Below, one piece after another: positions 40,830 through 50,289 of a stretch of DNA of 64,000 bases. Position 1 is the first letter of the stretch. The number at the start of each line of letters is the position of its first letter. Location: contig CAVYTE010000017.1 of the NCBI GenBank assembly GCA_963771385.1, forward strand, positions 6,096 through 70,095. The letters are read 5' to 3'. This DNA comes from an uncultured Actinomycetes bacterium (GTDB lineage: Bacteria; Actinomycetota; UBA4738; HRBIN12). Below the pieces are notes generated by a model. The model made no database searches and had not been told where the DNA came from. It was given only the letters and a program-made list of their open reading frames with translations. Position numbers and translations under genes: made by a program.

Positions 40830-42034
40830 CCCTCCGTCACCCCTCGCTCGTCGATCCGAACCTCCGTGTTGCCGTGTGCCCGTCCGCCCGCGGACAGCAC
40901 CCGTTCGTAGAGCTCGAACATCCCGCGCGCGGCGCGCTCGGCCGTGTACCGGTCGAGGAAGCGCTCCCTGCCGCGCTCGGCCCGCCGCGACGACTCATCG
41001 CTATCGGCGAGGGTCTCGCCGATGGCCGCGGCGAGTTCCCCGGCGTCTCCGACCCGCGCGAGGAGCCCGATGTCGTGGCCGTCGAAGACCTCCCGCACCG
41101 CGGGAAGGTCGCTCGCGACGGTGGGCGCCTCGAGCGCCATCGCCTCGAGCAACACCCCGGGCAGCCCCTCGCGCCGGGAGGGCAGGACGAAGACGTCGGC
41201 CGCGCACAGGAGGTCCGGCACGTCGCCCCGCGTTCCCAGGAAGACGACCGAGCCGGCCAGATCACCACGGGTCGCGCGCTCCCGGAGGAGCGCCGTCGCG
41301 TTCCCATCCGCGCCGGCAACGAGCAGTCGTGCGGCGACGCGTTCGGACCGCACCGAACCGAACGCGTCGAGGAGGACGTCCAGACCCTTCGCGTGGTCCT
41401 GCCGAGCGATCGCCACGATCACCGGCACATCGTTCCCCACCTCGAGCCGCGATCGGGCCGCGCGTCGCCGGTCCTGCGACCGGCGACCGAGCACCTGCGG
41501 GTCCCTGCCCCTGGGGACCACCGTGAAGCGGCCCCGTGGGACGCGCAGCCGCCGGGCCATCGTATCGGCGATGTGCTGCGCGGGAACGTGGAACCGGACG
41601 ACCGATCGCGCCGTCGCCGCGTCGGCGGCCTGCGCCGCACGCACCTTCCACCGGCGGAGCCCGGGCTCGCTCAGGTGCGCGGAGCCGTACCCCTCGCTCA
41701 CGATGCTCGACACGACCGGCACCCGAGCCAGCCGGCCCGCGATCCGGCCGAGGAGATCGGCCTCGTACAGCGTGGTGTGAAGGAGGTCCGGCCGCCGTTC
41801 GCCGAGCACCCGACGGACGCGGCGGAGATCGCCGGTGCGGCCGCCCGGGCCGTCCAGCGGCAACAGCGTGGCGCCGCTCTCGCGGAGCAGGTCGTGCACA
41901 CCCGGACGCTCGCGCAGATACGCGACGTCGAGGCGAACGCCCGCGGCGACGAGGTCCGGCGCCATGGAGGCGAGCGAACGCTCCGCGCCTCCCATCGCCA
42001 GGCTGTCGATCAGGTACAGGACGTGCACGCTCAA
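40826..42034 (-). CDS. GT-B (GT4-type) glycosyltransferase
   Basis: 402 aa at the tail of ORF 40826..43738: 'VHVLYLIDSLAMGGAERSL', 'ARQDHAKGLDVLL' and 'FVLPSRREGLPGVLLEAMALEAPTVASDLPAVREV'. TTG 42034 overlaps the upstream stop (TTGA). Confidence 0.8.
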   Translation of the reverse strand: MSVHVLYLIDSLAMGGAERSLASMAPDLVAAGVRLDVAYLRERPGVHDLLRESGATLLPLDGPGGRTGDLRRVRRVLGERRPDLLHTTLYEADLLGRIAGRLARVPVVSSIVSEGYGSAHLSEPGLRRWKVRAAQAADAATARSVVRFHVPAQHIADTMARRLRVPRGRFTVVPRGRDPQVLGRRSQDRRRAARSRLEVGNDVPVIVAIARQDHAKGLDVLLDAFGSVRSERVAARLLVAGADGNATALLRERATRGDLAGSVVFLGTRGDVPDLLCAADVFVLPSRREGLPGVLLEAMALEAPTVASDLPAVREVFDGHDIGLLARVGDAGELAAAIGETLADSDESSRRAERGRERFLDRYTAERAARGMFELYERVLSAGGRAHGNTEVRIDERGVTEG

Positions 42035-43734
42035 CCCCGTCCCCTCGGCCCGCCGGCGGGCGCGGGCGACGAGCTCGTGGCAACCGTCTCCGACCCACCG
42101 CCGGATCCGCTGCGTGAACGGGCGCCGGCGGTCGACCCGGCGGCGACCTCTTCCAACCGCCGGCGATCCACCTTGCCCGTCGAGGTGCGGGGCAGCTCGT
42201 CCAGGATCTCGACGCTCGCCGGGACCATGTACCGGGGGAGCCGCTCGGCCACGTGGCGCTTCACGTCGCTCGTGGCGATCACCGCTCCGCGGTTCGCAAC
42301 GACGCACGCCACGATGGCGGTGCCCCAGCCGTCGTGCGGCACGGCGATCGCGACGGCGTCGGCGAGCGCGGGATGCGCGCGCAGGGCGACCTCGATCTCC
42401 CCGAGCTCGATGCGGTACCCGCGGCTCTTGATCTGATGGTCCCGGCGGCCCAGGAAGTCGAAGGCACCGTCCGGCCGCAGCCGCACGAGGTCCCCGGTTC
42501 GATAGACGGGCTCCCCCGCGTGCGCGGGCAGCGGGCTGGGCGAGAGGACCTCGGCGGTCTTGTCCGGCCGCCCCCAGTAGCCGCGCATCACCGTCGCGCC
42601 GCGCACGTACAGCTCGCCCTGTTCGCCCACCGCGGCGAGCGCACCCGCGTCCGTCCATGCGAAGACCTCGGTGTTCTCGCACGCGCGGCCGATCGGGATC
42701 GTCCGGTCGTCCTCGGGGATCTCGTCGACGCGGTGGTAGGTACAGACGTTCGTCTCGGTCGGGCCGTAGAGGTTCCACAGGGCGGCGTCGGGGACGACAT
42801 GGCGCAGCGTCCGCAGATCCCTCGTCGGATAGACCTCTCCGGCGAAGACGACCGTCCGCAGATCCGGGAAGGCCCCCGGCTCTCGTCCGGTCCGCGCGAG
42901 CAACGTGAGCGCGGTCGGTACCGAGTACCAGATCGTGATCCGCTCCGACCGGACGAACCTGGCGAGCTCGGTGCCGAGGAACGCGATCTCCTCGGGGACG
43001 AGCACGACCGTCGCGCGGCCGAGGGCCGCGAGGAACAGGTCGAAGACCGAGAGATCGAAATGCAGCGGCGCGTGGTTCGACAGCCGGTCGCCGGGCTCCA
43101 CACCGATCCGAGCGGCGCTCCACTCCACGAACGTCAGCGCGTTGCGGTGGGTGAGCGTGACGCCCTTCGGGACGCCCGTCGAGCCCGAGGTGTACAGGAT
43201 GTAGGCGACGTCGGTGTCGATCACCGGGACCTCGGGGTCGCTCGCCGGACGCGACGCCGAGTCGAAGTCGATCACGGTGGACGGCAGCCGGCCGGCCTCG
43301 GACCCGTCGTCGGCCAGCACCACGAGGCGGGGCGGTGGCCCATCCATCTGTGACAGGAGGGCCGTCGCACGCCCGGGCGTCGTGACGAGCGCCGAGATCG
43401 CGCAGTCCTGCGCCACCATCGCGACGCGCGGAGCGGGGGCCTTCGGATCGAGCGGCACGTAGGCGGCCCCCGCCTTCAAGACGCCGTAGACGGCGACGAG
43501 GGTCTCGACGCGCTTCGGCAGGTGGATCCCGACGCGGTCCCCAGGGCGGACGCCGGTGTCGAGCAGCGTCCGCGCCAGCCCGTTCGCCGCGCCCGCGAGC
43601 TCCGCGTACGTGAGCTCGACCCCCGCGCAGCGCACGGCGGGGTGCTCGGGACGTTCCCTCGCCGCCTCGTCGAGGAGCTGGTGCAGGAGGAAGCTCACGC
43701 CGGGTCGCCCGACCTTCCGGCGCCGCTCGCGCAT
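42031..43734 (-). CDS. Stand-alone adenylation enzyme (NRPS A-domain / DltA-like amino-acid--carrier-protein ligase)
   Basis: 567-aa intact ORF with 'LTYAELAGAANGLA', 'AYILYTSGSTGVPKGV', 'HFDLSVFDLF', 'NLYGPTETNV', 'YRTGDLV', 'GRRDHQIKSRGYRIELGEIE' and 'PRTSTGKVDR'. Confidence 0.85.
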   Translation of the reverse strand: MRERRRKVGRPGVSFLLHQLLDEAARERPEHPAVRCAGVELTYAELAGAANGLARTLLDTGVRPGDRVGIHLPKRVETLVAVYGVLKAGAAYVPLDPKAPAPRVAMVAQDCAISALVTTPGRATALLSQMDGPPPRLVVLADDGSEAGRLPSTVIDFDSASRPASDPEVPVIDTDVAYILYTSGSTGVPKGVTLTHRNALTFVEWSAARIGVEPGDRLSNHAPLHFDLSVFDLFLAALGRATVVLVPEEIAFLGTELARFVRSERITIWYSVPTALTLLARTGREPGAFPDLRTVVFAGEVYPTRDLRTLRHVVPDAALWNLYGPTETNVCTYHRVDEIPEDDRTIPIGRACENTEVFAWTDAGALAAVGEQGELYVRGATVMRGYWGRPDKTAEVLSPSPLPAHAGEPVYRTGDLVRLRPDGAFDFLGRRDHQIKSRGYRIELGEIEVALRAHPALADAVAIAVPHDGWGTAIVACVVANRGAVIATSDVKRHVAERLPRYMVPASVEILDELPRTSTGKVDRRRLEEVAAGSTAGARSRSGSGGGSETVATSSSPAPAGGPRGRG

Positions 43735-43756
43735 GCAATCCCGCCGGGCGCCATCG

Positions 43757-44920
43757 TCACAGCCCCAGATCGCGCGCGATGATGCGACGCTGGATCTCCG
43801 AGGTCCCCGAATAGATCGTGCCGCCGACCGCGTCGCGCAGCGACCGTTCGACCTCGACCTCGGTCATGTACCCGTATCCCCCATGGATCTGCACGGCGTC
43901 CAGTTGCGTTCGGACGTTCGCCTCGCTCACGAACGCCTTGGCCACCGCGGCCTCCACCGTGGCGTCCCTGCCCGCATCCATGAGCCAGCCGACCCGGAGC
44001 ACGAGCGCGCGGGCGGCGTCGACCGCGATCCGCATGTTCGCGATCTTGTCGGCGACGGAACCGAACTTGCCGATCGGTTGTCCGAACTGGCGACGTTGGC
44101 GCGCGTACTCCGCGCAGCTCTCCATCGTCCGGCGCATGAGCCCGACCTGGCTGGCCATGATGCAGGCGCGTTCCCACCGCATCGACTCCTGGAAGATCTC
44201 GCCTCCCCGCCCGCGCTCGCCGAGGATCGCCTCCTCCGGCACGGAGCAGTCATCGAGGATGACTTCGGACATCGGCGAGGTCCGAAGGCCCATCTTGTCG
44301 AACTCCCGACTGACGGAGCACCCACGCGTTCCGCGCTCGACGAGGAACGCGGTGATCCCGAAGGGTCCGATCCCCTCGGAGGTGCGGGCGAACACGATGA
44401 GGAGGTCCGCGACCGGCGCGTTCGTGATGAAGACCTTCCGTCCGTCCAGGGCGTACCCCCCCGGCACGCGCCGGGCGGTCGCCCGCATGGCGAACGCGTC
44501 GGACCCCGCCTCGGGCTCGGTGATCGCGTGGCACCCGATCAGCCCTCCCGAGCACAGACCCGGCAGCCATCTCGCGCGCTGCTCCTCGGACCCGAACCGC
44601 CACAGGGGGATCACGCTCGTCCACAGGTGTGCGTTGATCGAGAACACGAGCCCATTGTCGCGACAGCCGTACCCGAGTCCCTCCAGCGCAAGCATCGTCG
44701 TGACGACGTCGGCTCCGCCGCCCCCGAGGTCCTGCGGGACGGGCAACCCCTGGATCCCGAACGCCCCGCACCGGTCCCACACCTCGCGCGAGAACTCCGC
44801 GCTCCGATCCCGCTCGCGCGTGTCGTCCGGAAGCGTCCGCGCGAACCGCGTCACGGCCTCGAAGAACTCCGACTGCTCGGGGGTGACCCACTCGACGACC
44901 GACGGGGCCGACACCGTCAC
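43757..44920 (-). CDS. Acyl-CoA dehydrogenase-family flavoprotein (probably acts on an acyl/aminoacyl-S-carrier protein)
   Basis: 387 aa from GTG 44920 (GTGA overlap with the ACP stop): 'GCHAITEPEAGSDAFAM', 'FITNAPVADL', 'QIHGGYGYM' and 'IYSGTSEIQRRIIA'. Confidence 0.8.
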   Translation of the reverse strand: MTVSAPSVVEWVTPEQSEFFEAVTRFARTLPDDTRERDRSAEFSREVWDRCGAFGIQGLPVPQDLGGGGADVVTTMLALEGLGYGCRDNGLVFSINAHLWTSVIPLWRFGSEEQRARWLPGLCSGGLIGCHAITEPEAGSDAFAMRATARRVPGGYALDGRKVFITNAPVADLLIVFARTSEGIGPFGITAFLVERGTRGCSVSREFDKMGLRTSPMSEVILDDCSVPEEAILGERGRGGEIFQESMRWERACIMASQVGLMRRTMESCAEYARQRRQFGQPIGKFGSVADKIANMRIAVDAARALVLRVGWLMDAGRDATVEAAVAKAFVSEANVRTQLDAVQIHGGYGYMTEVEVERSLRDAVGGTIYSGTSEIQRRIIARDLGL

Positions 44921-45162
44921 TGCTGCGCGACCCGGGAGTTCACGAGGTTGTCGATGTCCGCGATCGTACGGAAGTGCTCGACGGTCACCTCTTCGTCCTG
45001 CACCTCGATGTCGAACTCCTCCTCGAGGAACGCGACGAGCTGCATGAGTCCGAGCGAATCGAGGACCCCGTCGAGCAACGGCGTCTCGTTCGTGAGGGCG
45101 ACGGAGTCGTCCTCGAAGAGGATCTCGGTCTGGATGAAGCCGCGGATGCGATCGGCGTTCAT
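44917..45162 (-). CDS. Acyl/peptidyl carrier protein (ACP-2), paralogue of ACP-1
   Basis: 81 aa at the tail of ORF 44917..45510, starting 'MNADRIRGFIQTEILF' and containing 'LLDGVLDSLGLMQLVAFLEEEF'. AAGGAG lies upstream of ATG 45162. Confidence 0.85.
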   Translation of the reverse strand: MNADRIRGFIQTEILFEDDSVALTNETPLLDGVLDSLGLMQLVAFLEEEFDIEVQDEEVTVEHFRTIADIDNLVNSRVAQQ

Positions 45163-45212
45163 GGGAACGCTCCTTTCCGTGATCGATGCTCGTGCGGATG
45201 TGGCGCCGGCCG

Positions 45213-45572
45213 CTACGCCGCGACCTGCGGATCGCCCAGTTGCACGATCCGCCGGATGGCGCTGCCCCGGAGACGGAAGCACTGCCGCCTCGAGACGCCG
45301 AGCTCCTGCGCGATCTCGCCGACACCGAGCTCGCGCAGGTACCACAGGATCAGGACCAGACGGTCGCGCTCGGGGAGGAGCAGGAAACGCCGGCGGAGCT
45401 CGGACCGCTCGTCCAAGGAGTCGACCAGACCGGGATGCAGACCGTCGTGTCCGCTCCGTGTGCGTCGGGCGTGGCCGACCTCGATCACCGACGAGGTCGA
45501 CGGCTGCCACCAGTCCGTGTACCGCAGGAGGCCTCGAACCACGCCGCCTTCGGACGCAAGTAGGTCCGACAT
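45213..45572 (-). CDS. Small sigma-70 region-4-like HTH protein (no region 2 recognisable)
   Basis: 119 aa at the tail of ORF 45213..46262: 'LLLPERDRLVLILWYLRELGVGEIAQELGVSRRQCFRLRGSAIRRI'. Confidence 0.55.
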   Translation of the reverse strand: MSDLLASEGGVVRGLLRYTDWWQPSTSSVIEVGHARRTRSGHDGLHPGLVDSLDERSELRRRFLLLPERDRLVLILWYLRELGVGEIAQELGVSRRQCFRLRGSAIRRIVQLGDPQVAA

Positions 45573-45580
45573 CTTAGAGG

Positions 45581-47134
45581 TTAGTCCTCCGAGGAGGGAC
45601 GCGATAGGGGGGGATTCCCCGCATGCCCGTCCTCGCGCGCCCGCACGTACGCGTGGTAGCCGGACGGCACCGGGATCTCCTTGGCCGCGTTCAGCACCAC
45701 GCCCAGGATCGGTGCCCCGAGGCGCTCGAGGACCTCCGTCGTGCGCGCCGCGATCTCGGGCCGAGTCCATCCCGCCCTCGCGACGACGAGCACGCCGTCG
45801 ACGAACGGCAACAGATAGGCCGCGTCGCTCACCGCCAGGATCGGGGCGGAGTCCAGCACGACGATGTCCGCGACGGCCTTCGCCTCGGCGACGGCGGCTC
45901 GCATGTGCTCCGAGCTGAGCAGCATGCTCGGGGTCTCCCTCGCCGGTCCGCTCGGCACGACCCGCACGCTGTCGTGGGGCGTGTCCCACGTGCACTCGGC
46001 GAGCAACGGCCTGCCGTTCGCCGTGCTCAGGGCGTCGACGAGGCCGGTGTCGTTCGGCACGCCGAAGAACCGGTGGACGTCGGGGTGGCGGAAGTCGCAG
46101 GCGAGCACGATGACCCGCTTCCCCGTCTCCGCGAGCGCGACGGCGAGGTTCGCGGCAACGGTCGTCTTGCCTTCGGACGGACCCGAGCTCGTGACCAGCA
46201 GGGCCCTCGGCTCGTCCGAGGACACGAGCGAGGGCTTCACCTTGCCGTTCGTGATCGACCACCGGGCGACCTCGGTGCCGAGCAGCCGGAACGCCTCGGC
46301 CGGAAGCGAGGTTGGCTCGTTGGCGGACACGATCGTGTCACGCTGGCTCCGCGGGATCTGTGGGATCTCCGCGAGGACCGGCAGCGCGAACCCCTGCTCC
46401 GCGACGCTCTTCGAACGGATCCGCGTGTCGACCCGTGCCAGCAGGATCGCGATCCCGAGCCCGATCGCCAGGCCGAGGAGTCCCGCGATCAGGGCGCGGA
46501 CCGCGAAGCTGCGGGGCGGCTGGAACCCGAGATCCGGCGCGATCCGCGCGGGGCCCGCATCGATCCGCCCGTATCCGGGGTCGAACTGCGCCACGGCCAG
46601 CGCCTGGAGCTGGTTCTCGAACTGAGCGATGAGCACCGAGTCGGGATCGCTCTCCATCAGCGACTCGATCTGTGCCTCCAGCTGTGCGATGTAGGGTCCC
46701 GTCGTCTCCGTCCGAAGCTCCCCGAGGAACCCGATCACCGCGGTTCCGAACGCATCCGCGATCTCCTCGGCGCTCTCGGCGTCCGGCCCGGAAGCGGTGA
46801 TCGTGACGAAGCCCGACTCGGCGTCGACGCCCGCCGACACCTGGGTCATGAGGTCGCGCGGGTCTCCCTCGTAGCCGAGCCGCTGCGCGGCCCGATCGGC
46901 GACCTCGTAGAGGAACACGAACTCCCGGACCGCCTCCGGTTCCGTCGTGCTGATCCCGAGCGCGGGGTTCTGGAGCGATGCCGCGAGGATGACGTCCGCC
47001 TCCCAGGTCTGGGTCTGGGCCGCCTCGCTCTCGTCGGCGCGCGTGAACCACGCGGCGGCAACCGCGACGAACACGCACGAGACGACGATCAGCCAGTGCT
47101 GGCGGACCGCTCGGAGCACGTCCATCATGCCCAC
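45581..47134 (-). CDS. Polysaccharide co-polymerase fused to BY-type tyrosine autokinase (Wzz + CpsD/CapB-like ATPase)
   Basis: 517-aa intact ORF with an N-terminal TM segment ('HWLIVVSCVFVAVAAAW') and a second TM segment ('ALIAGLLGLAIGLGIAILLA'). It has Walker A 'SSGPSEGKTTVAANLA', A' 'VLACDFRHP' and B 'IVVLDSAP'. Only two Tyr lie in the C-terminal tail ('SGYHAYV'). Confidence 0.8.
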   Translation of the reverse strand: MGMMDVLRAVRQHWLIVVSCVFVAVAAAWFTRADESEAAQTQTWEADVILAASLQNPALGISTTEPEAVREFVFLYEVADRAAQRLGYEGDPRDLMTQVSAGVDAESGFVTITASGPDAESAEEIADAFGTAVIGFLGELRTETTGPYIAQLEAQIESLMESDPDSVLIAQFENQLQALAVAQFDPGYGRIDAGPARIAPDLGFQPPRSFAVRALIAGLLGLAIGLGIAILLARVDTRIRSKSVAEQGFALPVLAEIPQIPRSQRDTIVSANEPTSLPAEAFRLLGTEVARWSITNGKVKPSLVSSDEPRALLVTSSGPSEGKTTVAANLAVALAETGKRVIVLACDFRHPDVHRFFGVPNDTGLVDALSTANGRPLLAECTWDTPHDSVRVVPSGPARETPSMLLSSEHMRAAVAEAKAVADIVVLDSAPILAVSDAAYLLPFVDGVLVVARAGWTRPEIAARTTEVLERLGAPILGVVLNAAKEIPVPSGYHAYVRAREDGHAGNPPLSRPSSED

Positions 47135-47694
47135 GTGGGCTCCTTCACGAGTCCCGTCGTGACCGCGAGGTTGACCGCCGCGGTCTGGTTGGCGACGCCG
47201 AGCTTGGAGAACATCCTCGTCTTGTGCCGTTCCACGGTCTTCGCGCTGATCCCGAGTTGCCGCGCGACCTGCTTCGCCGCGAGACCACGGGCCACGAGAC
47301 CGAGGATCTGCCGCTCCCGGGTCGTCAGGCCCGCGCGCGGCTGTCCACCGGTGGGTAGCCCGGGCACGAGGGCCCGTGCGAGCACCGCGACCGGCGCCGC
47401 GGTCGAGACGCGGACGCCACCCTCGTCCACGTCGTCGGGATCGACGTCGTTCGAGGGACCGCCCAGCATGACCACCCGGACGCCCCGGCGTCGGAGCAGG
47501 ATCGCGGCGGCGTCCGCCCCGGGGAGGCGCTCGTCGAGCGCCACGGCGTCCGCCGTCTGACCCCGCGCCTCCGCCTCGGCCGCCGACGAGGCCACGCCCG
47601 CCGGCACGATCGGGGGGAACTGGGCGAGCGCGGCCGCGATGCCCTCGGCGACCATGCCCTCGCGGTGGGCCACGACGATCACGCGCGGCCTCAC
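47125..47694 (-). CDS. LuxR/FixJ-type transcriptional regulator with atypical receiver-like N-domain
   Basis: The HTH is 'LTTRERQILGLVARGLAAKQVARQLGISAKTVERHKTRMFSKLGV'. The N-terminal 'VIVVAHREG' lacks the acidic pair. Confidence 0.75.
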   Translation of the reverse strand: MRPRVIVVAHREGMVAEGIAAALAQFPPIVPAGVASSAAEAEARGQTADAVALDERLPGADAAAILLRRRGVRVVMLGGPSNDVDPDDVDEGGVRVSTAAPVAVLARALVPGLPTGGQPRAGLTTRERQILGLVARGLAAKQVARQLGISAKTVERHKTRMFSKLGVANQTAAVNLAVTTGLVKEPTWA

Positions 47695-49586
47695 GGGACC
47701 ACCACCGCGGCTCGAGGGAAGTCCTCGGCGAACGACTTGACGCGAGCCGCCAGCTCCGTCCGTTCGCCGGCGGTGCTCAGCGACTCGAGCTCACGCAGGG
47801 CGCCCCGCAACGAGGGGCGGTCGGGAACGGGTGGCCGCGACATCACGATCCCCGGGTGCGTCGTGGCGACCGGGTGCTCGTCGGGGTTCACGAGCTCCTC
47901 GATCAGCCGTTCCCCCGGTCGGGCGCCGACGAACTCGATCTCGACGTCGCGACCCGGGACCCGGCCCGAGAGCAGGATCAGCTTGCGTGCCAGACCCATG
48001 ATGTTCACGGGCTCACCCATCTCGAGGGTGAAGACCTCGCCGCCCTCGGACAGCGCGGCCGCCTGCAGGACGAGCTGGACCGACTCCTGCACGCTCATGA
48101 AGTACCTGGCCATGTCGGGAGCGGTGACCGTGACCGGGCCTCCCCGCCGGATCTGCTCGAGGAACGTCGGGATCGACGCTTCCGCGGCTCCCCAGGACGT
48201 TGCCGAACCGCACGGCGCAGAACACGCAGTCCATCCCGTGGATGCTCCGCACGATCTGCTCGGCGAACCACTTCGTCGCGCCCATGACGCTGACGGGGCG
48301 GACCGCCTTGTCCGTGGAGATCAGGATGAATCGCGTCACCCCGGCCGCGACGGCCGCATCGGCGACGTTGGCGGTTCCGATCACGTTCGTGAGCACCGCC
48401 TCTTCCGGGATGCGCTCCAGGACCGGCACGTGCTTGTGCGCTGCCGCGTGGAAGACGACCTCGGGGCGGTGGTGCATGAAGACGCCGAAGATCCGGTCGC
48501 GATCGCGGACGTCGGCGAGGACCTGTTCGATGACGACCGTGCCGTCGTCGACCTGCAGGACGACGTCGTGCAGGTGCGTCTCGTCGTGATCCAACACGAT
48601 GATCGAGGCGGGTTCGAACTCGGCGATCTGCCGCGCGATCTCGGAGCCGATCGAACCTCCCGCTCCCGTGACCAGGATCCGACGCCCACGGAGCGTGGCG
48701 GCGACCGACTCCAGGTCCGTCGTCACCTGCTGGCGGCCGAGGAGGTCCTCGATCTGGAGGTCGCGGATGTCCTTGGCCGAGATCTTCCCGTCGACGACCT
48801 CCTGGACGGTCGGGAGGACGCGCAGCATGACGTTGGCCTCCTCGCACACGGCGGCCACCTCGCGAACCTGCTCCTCGGTGGCGGAGGGGATCGCCAGCAG
48901 CACCTCCTCGACGTCGAGCCGGTCGACGAGGGCAGGGATCGCCGAGCGGTCGCCCGAGCACCGGCACCTCGTGGAGGGCGAGGCCGATCTTCCGTCGGAT
49001 CGTCGTCGACGAACCCGACCGGCTCCAACTCGACGGAGGGGTTCTCCAGGATGTCCTTCAGGACCATCGACCCGGCGGCACCGGCGCCGACGAGCAGGAC
49101 CCGGGGCCGGGGGTTCGGGCCGACGGAACGCCGGCGCAACGCGAACAACCGGCTCTGGAAGCGGATCGCGCCGAACCCGATGAGCGACAGCACCGAACCC
49201 ATGATCACGACCGAACGGGGCAATGGTTGCTCCCACAGCCAACCGACGGCCGCGTTGACGCCGATCACGAAACCGCCGCCGACGAGGGCGGCGATCGCCA
49301 CCCGGCGCGCCTCCTGGACGCTCGCGTACCGCCACATCTGCCCGTAGAGCCCGTAGACATGGTTCGCGGTCAGGTGGATGAGCCCGACGACGGGGATGAA
49401 CAGCCAGAAGTAGGTCCAGTACGTGTCCGGAACGCGTCCGTCGAACCGCAGGACGAGGGGACCCAGGTAGGCCGGCAACACCACGGCGAGATCGAGGAGC
49501 GCGAGCGGGACGTTGCGGCGAACACGCCGAGACACCGACGTCGCGAGCCCGTCGTGCCTGCCCCGCCGCCCGTTCCCGATCGCCAT
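47691..49586 (-). CDS. CapD/WbpM/PglF-type membrane-anchored nucleotide-sugar 4,6-dehydratase; two frame breaks
   Basis: The N-terminal TM region lies in ORF 48723..49640 from ATG 49586 ('LALLDLAVVLPAYLGPLVL', 'VLLVGAGAAGSMV'). The core lies in ORF 48013..49650 ('ILVTGAGGSIGSEI', 'VFHAAAHKHVP', 'ISTDKAVRPVSVMGATK'). The C-terminus lies in ORF 47691..48113 ('MARYFMSVQESVQLVLQAA'). Breaks lie at ~48975 and ~48175. Confidence 0.8.
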
Positions 49587-49722
49587 GCCGAACCTCCCCG
49601 GTTGCTTCGAAGACCCGCAGCATAGGCACGCGTCCTGCACCCCTCATCAATCACGGTGCGTAACTTCGCTACGCCGAACCGCGTAAGGGGATGCCCGAGC
49701 CCGACTCCGGGGGACATCTACG

Positions 49723-50190
49723 ATGAACGGCGGATGCGCCATGCGGCCCAGGCCCCGAGACTCAGGCTGCATGAACGACCTCGAGGGAAGCGATCGGTAC
49801 GAGCGCTCCCTCCTGGAGGACGACGGTGCAACTGCCGACACGCCGACCGCGATCGAGATGCGTACGGACGTCCCCCGGACGCTCGTGACCGTACCCGACG
49901 GGTACCGTCCACGACGCCGTGAAGGCGTGCTCGACATCGACATGGGCGACGGTTTCATCCTGTTCGACGAGTCGTCGAGCCTCGTCCACCACCTGAACCC
50001 CTCCGCGACGTTGATCTGGCAGCTGTGCGACGGCACGGGAACCGTCGCGGACCTCGCCGGGGACATCGCCGCCGAGTACGGGCTCGACGAACCGACCATC
50101 CGGAGCCAGGTCGCCGAGGTGATCGCCGAGTTCGATGCACTCGAACTCGTCCAGGATGAACGGAACCTCTTCTCGGAGCGAGATCGATGA
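49723..50190 (+). CDS. PqqD-family protein (RRE-type peptide chaperone), copy 2
   Basis: Contains 'VLDIDMGDGFILFDESSSLVHHLNPSATLIWQLCDGTGTVADLAGDIAAEYGLDEPTIRSQVAEVIAEFDALELV'. The start could also be ATG 49771. Confidence 0.7.
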   Translation: MNGGCAMRPRPRDSGCMNDLEGSDRYERSLLEDDGATADTPTAIEMRTDVPRTLVTVPDGYRPRRREGVLDIDMGDGFILFDESSSLVHHLNPSATLIWQLCDGTGTVADLAGDIAAEYGLDEPTIRSQVAEVIAEFDALELVQDERNLFSERDR

Positions 50191-50289
50191 CCTACGCCCC
50201 ATGTCGTAGGGCGACCGAAGGCATCGCGAACCGACGCGATCGACGTGGCGACTCGCTGGGACGCGGACCCGACCCGATGCTCCGGTATC

